Shown here: positions 37,588 through 51,331 of the stretch, piece by piece | Position numbering within the stretch: the stretch's first letter is position 1 | How the letters are laid out: each line of letters opens with the position of its first letter | Sequence record: MT446421.1 | Source: Escherichia virus TH55 | Direction: 5' to 3' (one strand) | DNA length: 64,000 nucleotides | The notes under the pieces: generated by a model | The model's database searches: none | What the model was told of the DNA's origin: nothing | The model's input: only the letters and a program-made list of their open reading frames with translations | Made by a program: the position numbers and the translations under genes

Positions 37588-38457
37588 ATGATTAATCAAA
37601 CCCCAAAATTATTAGTAGACATCGGCGAGATTGGTAACGCTAGCACCGGTGATATTCTATATGAAGGCGGTCGTAAACTGAACGTGGATTTAGACAGTTT
37701 GTATAATACATTTGGCGACCAACGTCTGTACTCTGTGAACAATGGAGAAAACACCCAGGTCCTTCATGCGACTGGGTACTATCAAAAAGCTACAAATATC
37801 ATCGAATGGAACTCAACTGTTGCTCTCGGTTCTATGCGTGATGTCAATACTGCCGAAGGTGTTATCACCGCAAGAATTGCAAAAGGTAAAGCAGGCGAAG
37901 GTGTTATCTTTATTAACTCCAATGGTTCATTATCTACCTCGATGCCTCTGGAAGTTGAACTACAAGGCACGGATTCATTCCTGACCGCTGCAACGAACAA
38001 AATGAAATTTACTCAGCCTTATACAAAAATTACATTGTGGTGTATTGACGATGCTAACGGCGTAGGGACCTGGGACTACAAAATTGAAAGTATGTTTGGT
38101 AACCAATCTGTATTGCTCGACAAAACATACAATATGAGCTCGGTTGTTCGTGATATTCCAATCGCTTACCGCGCAGATTATAAAACTATCAAATTGATGC
38201 TTACGGCTATTTCAACAGACGAAACTAAATACAAAGCATCAGAAATGTTACTTTACATCGACCTTAAGGACCGCAAGGTATATAGCACAGAATACGCTGT
38301 AATCAGACGTGGACAAGCTAACGACGATGATGAGATATATGCTATCGATTTTAGAATTGATAACCAGGACATCATACAGGCGGCTATAAGCTCACCCACT
38401 GCCATGAAGCTCGCTATTAAAGTAATTTCCGCCCAAACAATCGGAGTACCGGTATAA
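37588..38457 (+). CDS. 9: baseplate wedge protein gp9 (long tail fiber socket)
   Basis: 289 aa, synteny. Confidence 0.85.
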   Translation: MINQTPKLLVDIGEIGNASTGDILYEGGRKLNVDLDSLYNTFGDQRLYSVNNGENTQVLHATGYYQKATNIIEWNSTVALGSMRDVNTAEGVITARIAKGKAGEGVIFINSNGSLSTSMPLEVELQGTDSFLTAATNKMKFTQPYTKITLWCIDDANGVGTWDYKIESMFGNQSVLLDKTYNMSSVVRDIPIAYRADYKTIKLMLTAISTDETKYKASEMLLYIDLKDRKVYSTEYAVIRRGQANDDDEIYAIDFRIDNQDIIQAAISSPTAMKLAIKVISAQTIGVPV

Positions 38458-40268
38458 TGAAACAGAATTTAAAAATTGGCAATATGGTTGATGATGGTAC
38501 TGGTGATTACCTTCGTCTCGGCGGTCAAAAAATAAATAATAACTTTGATGACCTTTATTATCAGCTAGGGGACGGTGAAAATCCCCATGCAGCTGGTGCA
38601 TGGAAAACTTGGACTACGCAAGAAGGTACCGAGTTGTCCGCTGTTATGGGCCGAAGCTATACCATCGATACATCAGCGGGTGCCGTTCGAGTCGTCCTTC
38701 CGAAAGGAACAACTCAAGAATACAATTATGTAATTCGCTTGCGTGATGTGTTTGCTACCTGGCAAATCAACCCGGTGACAATTGTTCCTGCAGTCGGGGA
38801 TACGATTAAAGGCTCACCGAATCCAGTAGAAATTAAACGCAACTTAGCTGACCTTGAACTTGTATATTGTTCACCAGGTCGTTGGGAATATATCGATAAT
38901 AAACAAGTCGATAAAATTTCAAATAACGACGTTGCCACAGTTGCATCCCAACAGTTTATTGCCACCGAAGGACAAACTGACTTTATCAATGTGTTTGGTG
39001 CTATTCCATATAGCGTATCGAACTTAGAAGTCAAACATCGTGGTAACGACCTGTTTTATGGTAAAGATGATATTTTTGACCCGGTGAATGCTGAATTTGG
39101 TTCCCCTGGTGCAAACCCTGGTGAAATCGTTGCGCTTGATGGTAAAAGCATCCGTCTGAAAATGCCATGTGCTGAAGGTGATACTGTTATCATCCGAACA
39201 TTTAATGATGGTATTGCTCAATGGCGTAGTTCGTATAATCGTCGTGATATACTTGTTCGTAGTCAAGACAGGACCAAAGAAACAACAATTAATGGTTCTT
39301 TGATTGTTACAGATTTGACAACCAAACACACCTTTACAATTGAAGAACTTGGTATTTCTCCTGGTAGCCCAATTAACCCAAACGCATGTCAGGTATTCAT
39401 TAACAGTATTTTGCAACATCAAGCTGGTACTGCGGGAACTCCAGTATTTTATTGTGAAGGTGCACAAGGTTCTACTGCTGCAGAATGTAGTGCAAATGGT
39501 GGTAGCTGGTCTGAATCAAACCAGGATTATTTGCTGCAATTTGATGATGATAACCGTATCGAAGGCATTAGCATTTACCGTGAATTTGAAGACGGTGATA
39601 TTCTGTCAGTCATTTGGTACAATAACGATATCGGCACAACTATGACCATGGATGAAATCCGTGATGAGACTGATACTCTTTATGTTTCTCAGGGAAATAC
39701 GTTGAGCCTAACCGGTCGTGTGCGTATTACAGATTTTGATAATCCGTTTGCACCAAACGTTGAACCAGTCGGTCTTCAGGAAGTTGTTCCATCTTCTGTT
39801 GGCGTTATCTTTGAATTATTCTATCCGGTCGGTACAATTTACGAAAATACGGTTAACCCAAATAACCCGGTTACTTATATGGGATTTGGTTCATGGAAAC
39901 GTTTGAAAGAACGTGTAATTGTTGCCTGGTCAGACGACCCTGCCTCAAACTTCCATACAAACAATAATGACCTGGATTCTGGTGGTAACCCACAAGCGAC
40001 AGCAGGTGGTACAGGTGGTAGCGTTGAAGTTCATATTAAAGATATAAACGTACCTAAACTTGAAACTGATGAGAAGGTTTTAGTTGTTGATGATAATGGC
40101 CCGATTGTTGTCGGTGGTTGTCAGGTAGACCCAGATGCACAAGGTCCAGCCTATACCAAATACAGAGAAGACAAAGCCACCATTAATCAGGCGCAAGACC
40201 CTCAAGCTCAACCGGTTTATACAATGCCTCCATATTTGATTGCTCATCGCTGGGTAAGGATTGCTTAA
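38457..40268 (+). CDS. 10: baseplate wedge protein gp10
   Basis: 603 aa, synteny. Confidence 0.85.
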   Translation: MKQNLKIGNMVDDGTGDYLRLGGQKINNNFDDLYYQLGDGENPHAAGAWKTWTTQEGTELSAVMGRSYTIDTSAGAVRVVLPKGTTQEYNYVIRLRDVFATWQINPVTIVPAVGDTIKGSPNPVEIKRNLADLELVYCSPGRWEYIDNKQVDKISNNDVATVASQQFIATEGQTDFINVFGAIPYSVSNLEVKHRGNDLFYGKDDIFDPVNAEFGSPGANPGEIVALDGKSIRLKMPCAEGDTVIIRTFNDGIAQWRSSYNRRDILVRSQDRTKETTINGSLIVTDLTTKHTFTIEELGISPGSPINPNACQVFINSILQHQAGTAGTPVFYCEGAQGSTAAECSANGGSWSESNQDYLLQFDDDNRIEGISIYREFEDGDILSVIWYNNDIGTTMTMDEIRDETDTLYVSQGNTLSLTGRVRITDFDNPFAPNVEPVGLQEVVPSSVGVIFELFYPVGTIYENTVNPNNPVTYMGFGSWKRLKERVIVAWSDDPASNFHTNNNDLDSGGNPQATAGGTGGSVEVHIKDINVPKLETDEKVLVVDDNGPIVVGGCQVDPDAQGPAYTKYREDKATINQAQDPQAQPVYTMPPYLIAHRWVRIA

Positions 40269-40933
40269 TGAAAACATTAACGAATAAAAAGGCTGGAGTA
40301 ATTTCCCGCCTTGCTAGTTGCTTAGAATTTCAAAATACATCAAAAAATATTACGGCTGTCATGGGTCAACGAGCAATCGGCGGCCCATCCGCAACACAAA
40401 CAACCGAAGGTATTTTTTATCCAACAGTTCAGAGCGCAATAGATGATATTGCGTTTCGATATGAGCTTCCGGTTGGCAGTGTAATTACTAATACGAATAA
40501 CCTTTCTCCTGCAGCAATCAGTCAGTCGGATAAAATTAAATTTACCGGGTCTATTTCTGGTGCTGGGGTTGGTGATACTGTTTTATTTTTCATTTTTGGT
40601 ATTCCAGTTGAGGTTATTGTCGGGGATTCGGCTGTATTAGTTGCTTCCAAGGTTAACGATGCTTTGCTGGCGGCTGTTGCTGATAGTTTAATTGTGTCAA
40701 GCTCTGCAATTGATAGTGTAGACCAGTCTATATTAAATATTACATATAACGACTATCAAAACCATAATTTTGCACCTTTTGCTCAATATGGTTGTACGCT
40801 TAGCCAGACTATTATACAGCAACCGCGCGGTGGTTATGGTTCCTGGGAATATCTTGGAACTTCAACCCAGACATTATCAGGTGGCACAGCAGATGGCGCA
40901 ATTTCACTTTACCATTATAAGCGAGTATCGTAA
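40268..40933 (+). CDS. 11: baseplate wedge protein gp11
   Basis: 221 aa, synteny. Confidence 0.85.
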   Translation: MKTLTNKKAGVISRLASCLEFQNTSKNITAVMGQRAIGGPSATQTTEGIFYPTVQSAIDDIAFRYELPVGSVITNTNNLSPAAISQSDKIKFTGSISGAGVGDTVLFFIFGIPVEVIVGDSAVLVASKVNDALLAAVADSLIVSSSAIDSVDQSILNITYNDYQNHNFAPFAQYGCTLSQTIIQQPRGGYGSWEYLGTSTQTLSGGTADGAISLYHYKRVS

Positions 40934-42483
40934 TGACAACGACTAACACGCTAAAACACATTAGCGATAAATCCGAATATAAAACATTCGACCCGACGGG
41001 AACAGCTTTCCCGTCGACTGTTACCAACGTGCAAGAGGCTTTAGGGTCTCTTAATAAAATTGCGTTAGATGGATATATCCCAGCCTCATCCGAAACGACC
41101 GCAGGACTCATCAGGCTAGCCACCACACAAGAAGTTATTGATGGTATTAGTCCAGACTCTGCAGTTACTCCAGCGACCTTAAAAGCTCGTTTAGACATTC
41201 CTACGCAAGCTACAGAAACTTATGTAGGTATTACCCGTTATGCAACCAATGCCGAAGCAATTGCCGGGACAGTAACCGATGCAGCTATTGTTCCATCTTC
41301 ATTAAAAGCAACAATTGATGATGTTTTTACTGTTCGTGTTGGTACTGAAAATAACCTGGGTGTTCTTCGTATTAGTACCGAGGATGCAGCTTTAGCTGGC
41401 ACAGATGACACAACCGCTATGTCTCCGTTGAAAGTTGCTCTGGCAATTGGCAAAGCAACAGCGGCGCTTCCAACTTATTCAACTGCCACACAAACTGTTT
41501 CTGGTTTAGTACGAATTGCTACAAATGCTGAAGTGCAAGCAGGAACCCTGGGTGACGGTGTAGCAATTTCTCCAGCAGGTTTAAATGCTCGTACAGCAAC
41601 ACAAGACCGCGCTGGGATTATTCGTCTTGGTAATCAGTCAGAGATTAATAACAGTGCTGATGGTGTTGCGGTAACTGGCGCAACTCTTAATGGTCGTGGA
41701 GCCACAACCGATAATCGCGGCGTCGTTAGATTAACTACTCAGGCTGGGGTTGCTCCTGGTGGTGATGGTGCCGGTGCACTGGCTTGGAATGCTGATGTAA
41801 TCAACACTCGCGGTGGTCAACGAATTAATGGAAGTCTTTCTTTAGATTATATTTCCACCGGCAATTTTGATTCCAATACAGCTCATATGGGCGGTCAATT
41901 ACTTTCTACACAGCGTTATGCTTCTGAACGGGTTCCAGTTGGAACGGTGATGATGTTCGCAGGTGATAGTGCTCCTCCTGGCTGGATTATGTGTCACGGC
42001 GGCACCGTTAATGGTGACCAATTCCCTGACTATCGAAATACTGTTGGAACTCGTTTCGGTGGCGATTGGACCAACGTCGGTATTCCTGATATGCGTGGTT
42101 TGTTTGTTCGTGGTGCTGGTACCGGTGGACATATTCTGAATAACCGCGGTCAAGATGGTTATGGCAAAGACCGTTTGGGTGTTGGTTGTGATGGTTCATG
42201 GGTCGGTGGTGTACAAGCTCAGCAAATGTCATATCATAAACACGCGGGTGGTTGGGGTGAATACCAACGTAACGAAGCTCCATTTGGTGCATCAGTTTAT
42301 CAAGGTTATCTGGGTACAAGAAAATATGCAGACTGGGATAACGCTTCATATTTTACTAACGATGGATTTGAACTCGGTGGCGGCAGAGATGCTTTAGGTA
42401 CGTTAAACCGTGAAGGTCTTATTGGTTATGAAACTCGCCCATGGAATATGTCTTTAAACTATATTATCAAAATTCATTACTAA
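40933..42483 (+). CDS. 12: short tail fiber protein gp12
   Basis: 516 aa; TAMSPLK, ATLNGRG.T...RGVVRLTT...ALAWNADVI..RGGQ.INGSL, C-terminal ...YHKHAGG.GEY...RPWN.SLNYIIK match T4 gp12. Confidence 0.92.
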   Translation: MTTTNTLKHISDKSEYKTFDPTGTAFPSTVTNVQEALGSLNKIALDGYIPASSETTAGLIRLATTQEVIDGISPDSAVTPATLKARLDIPTQATETYVGITRYATNAEAIAGTVTDAAIVPSSLKATIDDVFTVRVGTENNLGVLRISTEDAALAGTDDTTAMSPLKVALAIGKATAALPTYSTATQTVSGLVRIATNAEVQAGTLGDGVAISPAGLNARTATQDRAGIIRLGNQSEINNSADGVAVTGATLNGRGATTDNRGVVRLTTQAGVAPGGDGAGALAWNADVINTRGGQRINGSLSLDYISTGNFDSNTAHMGGQLLSTQRYASERVPVGTVMMFAGDSAPPGWIMCHGGTVNGDQFPDYRNTVGTRFGGDWTNVGIPDMRGLFVRGAGTGGHILNNRGQDGYGKDRLGVGCDGSWVGGVQAQQMSYHKHAGGWGEYQRNEAPFGASVYQGYLGTRKYADWDNASYFTNDGFELGGGRDALGTLNREGLIGYETRPWNMSLNYIIKIHY

Positions 42484-42491
42484 GGACCAAA

Positions 42492-44117
42492 ATGATTAAT
42501 AAACTCAGTCTCAAAGAACTGCCGTATAGCATCGGTATTCCAGACGAAGGTCAACAGAGAATTCGTTGGATACAAAACGGCGATTGTATGACTGCGGCCA
42601 GTACCAAATATGGTCATGATGGTAATTTGAACGCCGCTGCAGTTGGCGTTCAAACAAACGTAGATACACTCGACGACAACTCAAATGCATCTAAAGAAAA
42701 AATAAACGAAATTATTGATAACGTCAATAATATTCAGGAAGCTTTGAATATAACAACTAACACGGAAGTTGTTAAACAAATTGAAAAAAACCGTACGGAT
42801 ATTCTTGACCTTGATGAACGTCAATTTAATACCGAATTGTTATCAAGCGAAACATCTGAAGACCTTAAAAAGTTAAAAGAAGATGTTGGTGTTTATGACC
42901 CGTTAACCGATTCATATTATCGCACAGTTCGTAATGACCTCGTATGGATTAAAAATGAATTAGGCCAGTATGTTGACCAAGATATAAATGGTCTCCAGGT
43001 TATCGGCAATCCGTCAAAAGGCATGAAACGCCGCATCATCGATAACAGTTCGGCTATTGTTGCTCATGGAGTTCGTATTAAGACTCTTGAAGATAACTAT
43101 CATGATTCTGATGTTGGTTCTCTTAACGTAAAAGTAATTAAAATTCGTGAAGAATTAGGTGAGTCTACTTTAGCAACAGGTAAACCGGCTGTATTTGTTC
43201 GACTGAATACTCTTGATGGTAAAGCAGTTGAAATTGACGAAGATATTGCCAACATTCAAGAAGCTATTGGTTTTGGTACCGGACTTGCAATTACAACTCG
43301 CGTTGAAAATCTTGGTGGACGTGTTTCGGTCAATGAAACAGATATTGTGGATATCAAACCAAGACTTGCTAAGGTTGAAGCTGATATCGGCACCGCTCTG
43401 GAACCGTTAACAATTAATGGTCGAATCAGTGCTTTGCGTTCGGATGTTAATGGCTTACAGGTTGTTGTTGGCCAGGATTCAAGCTCTGGTTTACGCGGAA
43501 CCACTGCATGGCTTTCTCAGAGAATCGGTACAGAGCAATCTCCGGAGCCAAACACTATCACGTATAAGTTGAATGCGACCACTACACTGGCTAACGAAAC
43601 TGCATCAGGCCTTCAGGATGTACAGGCCGAAATCGGTACAAATAACACTGGTATGAAAGGCTCTATTTTGACTTTAACTAGCCAGATGAATGGTACAAAC
43701 CCTAACGGTGCTACCGTGGCTGAACGTGGTGTTCTTCCGGTTGTAATTAACTTGGATATGCTGATGGCGTCCAAGCTGAACGACGCACCATTGGACAATA
43801 AGTTATATGGTCGCAAGCAAGGAAACTGGACTGAAATTATCGATACCAGAACCGAGATTGATGCAATTAAACTCGATACTGCAAAAATTGCACCATTAAC
43901 CACTCGCGTGACAACCCTTGAAGGTACAGTAACTCCGCTCCCTGGTCGCCTGGATGCGGCCGAGGCGAAGATAACTACTTTAGAAGGTAAAGTATCAGCC
44001 TTAGAAACAGAGCTCGCCAAAAGGCCTCCTGTCGCTCCTGCAGCTGATGGTCTCCCTTATGTGCTCGTTGATAATGCATGGGTTCTTTTGTCTACATTCG
44101 TGACTGTTGGACCATAA
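42492..44117 (+). CDS. wac: fibritin (whisker antigen control) with C-terminal foldon
   Basis: coiled-coil protein ending ...DGLPYVLVDNAWVLLSTFV (foldon-like); start at MINKLSLKELPY after gp12 stop. Confidence 0.85.
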   Translation: MINKLSLKELPYSIGIPDEGQQRIRWIQNGDCMTAASTKYGHDGNLNAAAVGVQTNVDTLDDNSNASKEKINEIIDNVNNIQEALNITTNTEVVKQIEKNRTDILDLDERQFNTELLSSETSEDLKKLKEDVGVYDPLTDSYYRTVRNDLVWIKNELGQYVDQDINGLQVIGNPSKGMKRRIIDNSSAIVAHGVRIKTLEDNYHDSDVGSLNVKVIKIREELGESTLATGKPAVFVRLNTLDGKAVEIDEDIANIQEAIGFGTGLAITTRVENLGGRVSVNETDIVDIKPRLAKVEADIGTALEPLTINGRISALRSDVNGLQVVVGQDSSSGLRGTTAWLSQRIGTEQSPEPNTITYKLNATTTLANETASGLQDVQAEIGTNNTGMKGSILTLTSQMNGTNPNGATVAERGVLPVVINLDMLMASKLNDAPLDNKLYGRKQGNWTEIIDTRTEIDAIKLDTAKIAPLTTRVTTLEGTVTPLPGRLDAAEAKITTLEGKVSALETELAKRPPVAPAADGLPYVLVDNAWVLLSTFVTVGP

Positions 44118-44121
44118 CAAA

Positions 44122-44140
44122 AGGGCTTCGGCCCTTTTTT
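44122..44140 (+). terminator. rho-independent terminator after wac
   Basis: agggc ttcg gccct plus T6. Confidence 0.7.
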
Positions 44141-44142
44141 CG

Positions 44143-44150
44143 TATAAATA
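44143..44150 (+). promoter_or_regulatory. late promoter TATAAATA upstream of gene 13
   Basis: exact TATAAATA 19 nt before gp13 ATG. Confidence 0.6.
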
Positions 44151-44168
44151 CAGTAAAGAGGAAAACAT

Positions 44169-45107
44169 ATGGCAACTGAATCATACAACCCGAAACAATT
44201 AAAAGATGCAATCCTTCGACGTCTTGGTGCTCCAATTACGAATATCGAAGTTACGACCGAACAGGTCTATGATTGCATCCAGCGTGCATTAGAATTATAT
44301 GGCGAATATCATTATAATGGTTATAACAAAGGTTATCAGGCTTTTTATATCGGTCATGATGACGTTTCACAACAGAAATTTCGCGATGGTGTTTTCGATT
44401 TAAAAGGCCGTAATATTTTTGCAGTAACGCAGATTATTCGTACTAACGTCGGTTCATTAACTTCGATGGATGGTCAAGCTACATATCCATGGTTCACAGA
44501 TTTTGTTCTGGGACTGGCCGGGATTAACGGTGGAATGGGTAGCTCATGTAACAGCTTTGGTCCAAATGCTTTTGGTGCAGACCTTGGTTATTTTACACAG
44601 CTTATGCAATATCGTTCAATGATGCAAGACCTGATGGTTCCGCTTCCGGATTACTGGTATAATGACGATACTGAACAACTTAAAATTATGGGCAACTTCC
44701 GTCAGGGAGATGTGATTGTAATTGAAGTTTATACCAAATCGTATAACGGCGTGGATTCAATGGTAGGTAATACAGCTGGATATGGTTTTGCTTCGGCCGA
44801 TTGTGATAATCCGTGGAATGCTGGCGCACAGTGGGATAACCCGGCACGCAGAATAAGCGGCATGAGAGCAGGTGAGGACCTTGGACTTCAAGATGGCGCA
44901 TACAACAACCGTTGGGTGAAAGACTATGCCACGGCGCTCGTTAAGGAAGTTAACGGCAACGTATTGGCTAAACACCAGGGGATGATGATGCCAGGTGGTA
45001 CCACGGTTGATGGTGTTCGTTTAATTGAAGAAGCTCGTATGGAAAAAGAACGTCTTCGTGAGGAACTTGACCTGCTGGATGCACCGACTCCTATATTGGT
45101 GGGCTAA
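44169..45107 (+). CDS. 13: neck protein gp13
   Basis: 312 aa, synteny. Confidence 0.85.
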   Translation: MATESYNPKQLKDAILRRLGAPITNIEVTTEQVYDCIQRALELYGEYHYNGYNKGYQAFYIGHDDVSQQKFRDGVFDLKGRNIFAVTQIIRTNVGSLTSMDGQATYPWFTDFVLGLAGINGGMGSSCNSFGPNAFGADLGYFTQLMQYRSMMQDLMVPLPDYWYNDDTEQLKIMGNFRQGDVIVIEVYTKSYNGVDSMVGNTAGYGFASADCDNPWNAGAQWDNPARRISGMRAGEDLGLQDGAYNNRWVKDYATALVKEVNGNVLAKHQGMMMPGGTTVDGVRLIEEARMEKERLREELDLLDAPTPILVG

Positions 45108-45892
45108 TGGCTACTTATGACGCAAGATTATTCGCCCGGCTCGAAGACGGGACCGGGTATGACAATACCAATGCTACAGAGATATTGAACCCTTATGTAA
45201 ACTTTATGCATCATGAAAATACCCAGACTTTAGCCGATGCTATTGTTGCTGAAAGTATTCAGATGCGCGGAATGTCTCTTTATTATATCCCAAGGCAATT
45301 CGTTAAACCGGATTTGTTATTTGGTGAAGACCTCCAGAGTAAATTTGATAAAGCATGGAAATTTGCTGGATATCTGGATACGTTCGATGCATATCAGGGT
45401 GATGGTTCTATCTTTAGTAAATTCGGTATGACTGTGAACGATGAAATTACAATATCCATTAACCCTAATCTGTTTAAACACCAATGCAATGGAACTGAAC
45501 CTATTGCCGGGGATTTGATTTATTTCCCTCTTGATAACAGCCTGTTCGAAATTACATGGGTGCAACCTTATGACCCATTCTATCAGGTAGGTCAAAATGC
45601 TATCCGTAAAATCACCGCGAGCAAATACATTTACTCCGGAGAAGAGCTTAAACCCGAATTGCAACGAAATGAAGGTATTAATATTCCAGAATTCAGTGAG
45701 CTCGATTTACAACCAATCCACAATATCGATGGTCTTACAGATATCAGCGATATCCCTTATGCTGAATCCAATGAGATTAACGCAGAAGCAGCTGAATATG
45801 TTAAACCATATTTTGTGCAGAATGGTCGTGGACTTGAGGCTCCACCTAAGGCAAAACAGGATAGCTTTGACGATAGTTTCTTTGATGAATAA
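45107..45892 (+). CDS. 14: neck protein gp14
   Basis: 261 aa, synteny. Confidence 0.85.
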   Translation: MATYDARLFARLEDGTGYDNTNATEILNPYVNFMHHENTQTLADAIVAESIQMRGMSLYYIPRQFVKPDLLFGEDLQSKFDKAWKFAGYLDTFDAYQGDGSIFSKFGMTVNDEITISINPNLFKHQCNGTEPIAGDLIYFPLDNSLFEITWVQPYDPFYQVGQNAIRKITASKYIYSGEELKPELQRNEGINIPEFSELDLQPIHNIDGLTDISDIPYAESNEINAEAAEYVKPYFVQNGRGLEAPPKAKQDSFDDSFFDE

Positions 45893-45935
45893 ATACATTT
45901 ATTAATGCGCCCGAACTGGGCGCCTGGAGGTTACT

Positions 45936-46807
45936 TTGTTTGGGCATTTTTATAATTCGTCTCTGCGTCGCTATATCGTTTTAATGGGCGATTTATTTTC
46001 CCATGTACAAGTGGCCAGAACCAGAGAAGACACTGGACTTAAATATATTAAGGTCCCTATTTCTTATGCTTCAAAAGAAAAATTCATGATGCAGCTTGGA
46101 AAATGGACCGCTATTCAGAATACACCGACTCCTGACATGTCACCACAAGAACGTGCTGCTCAGAAGGCTAAAATCGAGACCATATTGCCCCGTATGAACC
46201 TACATATGGTTGACTTGATGTATAATGGGCAATATAAAACGGCTCTCCAGAATCACACACAGGCGCGATTTGCTAATAACGACCCTCGCAAGCAGATATC
46301 TCAATATTCTCCTGTACCGGTCAAAATGATTTTCGAGCTTGGAATATATACAAGGCATCAAGATGATATGTTCCAGATTATCGAACAAATCATGCCTTAC
46401 TTCCAGCCACATTTTAATACAACCATCACTGAACTTTATACGAATGAAATTACGTTCGAACGTGATATAAGAATCGTATTGCAGTCCATAGCAATGGATG
46501 AGCAAATTGAAGGTGATGCAATGACTCGTCGTAGACTCGAATGGTCCATTATGTTCGAAGTTAACGGTTGGTTATATCCACCGGTCAAGGAAGTAGCCGG
46601 GGAAATCCGTACTATCTATCTTGACTTCTTTGCAAATTCCAGAGAGCTTGCACCGGAGGGCAATTTCGAATCTGTTGACTCGGAAGCTGTTCCACGAGAC
46701 GTCGACCAAGAAGACTGGCAAGGTGAATCTGTTCAAACATATTCGCAGGATATTCCTGTACCGGTTGACCCAGCACCGCCAGCCCCAAGAAAAAATAGGG
46801 TACCACT

Positions 46808-46811
<4 letters not shown>
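45936..46811 (+). CDS. 15: tail sheath stabiliser/terminator gp15
   Basis: 291 aa; [13 protein letters not shown]...; synteny. Confidence 0.85.
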
Positions 46812-49118
<2,307 letters not shown>

Positions 49119-49147
49119 AAGTAAAGCAAACTATTAGAGGACTCAAA

Positions 49148-51127
49148 ATGGCTTTATTATCCCCGGGCATTGAGCTCAAAGAAACAACGGTACAAAGCAC
49201 TGTTGTTCGTAACGCGACGGGTCGTGCGGCGCTGGTTGGTAAATTCCAGTGGGGCCCAGCTTTCCAGGTAACTCAAATTACAAACGAAGTTGAACTTGTT
49301 GATTTGTTTGGTGGTCCGAATAATGAAACAGCAGATTACTTTATGAGTGGGATGAACTTCCTGCAATATGGTAACGACCTCCGTACTGTACGTGTTGTTA
49401 ACCGTGACGAAGCTAAAAACGCATCCCCTATTGCTGGCAATATTGAAACTACCATCGTAACTGCTGGTACAAACTATGCTGTCGGTGATGTTATTCAGGT
49501 TAAACACAACCAGACTGTTGTTGAACCGGCTGGCCGTGTGACCAAGGTCGACGTTGATGGTAAAATTCAGGCAATCTTTATTCCTACCGATAAGATTATT
49601 GCATTTGCCAAAACTATTAACCAGTATCCTAATTTAGGTAGTGCATGGACTGCAGAAGTTACAACCACTTCTTCTGGCGTATCTGGTACCATCACCGTTG
49701 GGAAAATTGTTACCGATTCTGGCATTCTGTTGACTGAAGCAGAAAATAGTGAAGAAGCAATTACTTCTCTGGAATTCCAGGCATCATTAGCAAAATATGC
49801 AATGCCAGGTGTTGTTGCTCTTTATCCAGGTGAAATCGGTTCGACTCTGGAAGTTGAAATCGTATCTAAAGCTGAATTTGAAAAAGGCGCAGCTGCAAAT
49901 CTGAATATTTTCCCGGGCGGCGGAACGCGTGCTTCTGTGGCTCGTGCCGTGTTTAACTATGGCCCACAGTCTGAAAACCAATATGCAATTATCGTTCGCC
50001 GCGATGGTGCAATCGTCGAAAACGTTGTTTTGTCTACCAAGCAGGGCGAAAAAGATGTTTACGGTAATAACATTTACTTGGATGACTACTTTGCAAAAGG
50101 TACTTCCAACTACATCTATGCAACATCTCGCAACTGGCCTGCAGGCTTCAGTGGTATCATCAATCTGTCAGGTGGTATTTCTGCAAACGATAAGATTACC
50201 GCTGGTGATTTGATGCAAGGTTGGGACCTGTTTGCTGACCGTGAAGCACTGCATATTAACCTGCTTATCGCTGGTGCAGTAGCTGGTGAAGGTGATGCAA
50301 CCGCTTCCACTGTTCAGAAACACGTGGTTTCTATTGCTGACGAACGTCAGGATTGTCTGGCATTTATTTCCCCGCCGAAAGGTCTGTTGGTTAACGTTCC
50401 TCTGACCCGTGCAGTGGATAACCTGATTGACTGGCGTACAGGTGCTGGCGCATTTGATACTGATAACATGAATATCAGCACGACTTATGCAGCGATTGAT
50501 GGCAACTATAAATATCAGTATGATAAATATAATGACGTTAACCGTTGGGTTCCTCTGGCAGCTGATATGGCTGGTCTGTGTGCTCGTACTGATGATGTTT
50601 CTCAGCCTTGGATGTCTCCGGCTGGTTATAACCGCGGTCAGATTCTGAACGTTCTGAAATTGGCTGTTGAACCACGTCAGACCCAACGTGACCGCATGTA
50701 TCAAGAAGCTATCAACCCGGTTGTTGGTTTCGCAGGTGGTGATGGTTTTGTTCTGTATGGTGATAAGACTGCAACTAAAGTTCCATCTCCGATGGACCAT
50801 ATTAACGTTCGTCGTCTTACGAATATGCTGAAGAAAAATATCGGTGATGCATCCAAATATAAACTGTTTGAGCTTAACGATAACTTCACTCGTGCATCAT
50901 TCCGTATGGAAACTTCTCAATACTTGGATGGTATTCGTGCACTTGGTGGCATTTATGAAGGTCGTGTAGTTTGTGATACTACTAACAACACCCCGTCGGT
51001 CATAGACCGAAATGAGTTTGTTGCTAGCATTTATTTTAAACCTGCGCGCAGCATCAACTACATCACTCTTAACTTCGTAGCCACTAGCACTGGTGCTGAT
51101 TTTGATGAGCTGATTGGGCCACAATAA
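49148..51127 (+). CDS. 18: tail sheath protein gp18
   Basis: 659 aa, same length as T4 gp18. Confidence 0.92.
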   Translation: MALLSPGIELKETTVQSTVVRNATGRAALVGKFQWGPAFQVTQITNEVELVDLFGGPNNETADYFMSGMNFLQYGNDLRTVRVVNRDEAKNASPIAGNIETTIVTAGTNYAVGDVIQVKHNQTVVEPAGRVTKVDVDGKIQAIFIPTDKIIAFAKTINQYPNLGSAWTAEVTTTSSGVSGTITVGKIVTDSGILLTEAENSEEAITSLEFQASLAKYAMPGVVALYPGEIGSTLEVEIVSKAEFEKGAAANLNIFPGGGTRASVARAVFNYGPQSENQYAIIVRRDGAIVENVVLSTKQGEKDVYGNNIYLDDYFAKGTSNYIYATSRNWPAGFSGIINLSGGISANDKITAGDLMQGWDLFADREALHINLLIAGAVAGEGDATASTVQKHVVSIADERQDCLAFISPPKGLLVNVPLTRAVDNLIDWRTGAGAFDTDNMNISTTYAAIDGNYKYQYDKYNDVNRWVPLAADMAGLCARTDDVSQPWMSPAGYNRGQILNVLKLAVEPRQTQRDRMYQEAINPVVGFAGGDGFVLYGDKTATKVPSPMDHINVRRLTNMLKKNIGDASKYKLFELNDNFTRASFRMETSQYLDGIRALGGIYEGRVVCDTTNNTPSVIDRNEFVASIYFKPARSINYITLNFVATSTGADFDELIGPQ

Positions 51128-51184
51128 TTATCATCGCTTAGAATGAATTAATCAGTTAGAAACCGTAGAACCATTATACAGTGA

Positions 51185-51192
51185 TATAAATA
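51185..51192 (+). promoter_or_regulatory. late promoter TATAAATA (distal) upstream of gene 19
   Basis: exact TATAAATA in gp18-gp19 intergenic. Confidence 0.5.
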
Positions 51193-51271
51193 AAAGCATA
51201 ATCGGTTCTACGGGCTCCTGTGGTTGATTCTGGGAAGCCATTATCTTGAGATGATGAATCATATTACCTAG

Positions 51272-51279
51272 TATAAATA
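51272..51279 (+). promoter_or_regulatory. late promoter TATAAATA (proximal) upstream of gene 19
   Basis: exact TATAAATA. Confidence 0.5.
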
Positions 51280-51331
51280 CATGCATCAGGGACGCGTTCG
51301 CGCGACCTGTGTCTATAAAGAGGATTCCTTA

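Noticed and set aside
45907-45927. Hairpin gcgccc gaactg ggcgcc between genes 14 and 15
   Set aside because: No following T-run and genes 14-15 are co-transcribed in T4-like phages; noted as possible RNA structure but not called a terminator.
50168-50800. 210-aa antisense ORF inside gene 18
   Set aside because: Contained within the tail sheath gene, no start context; treated as spurious.
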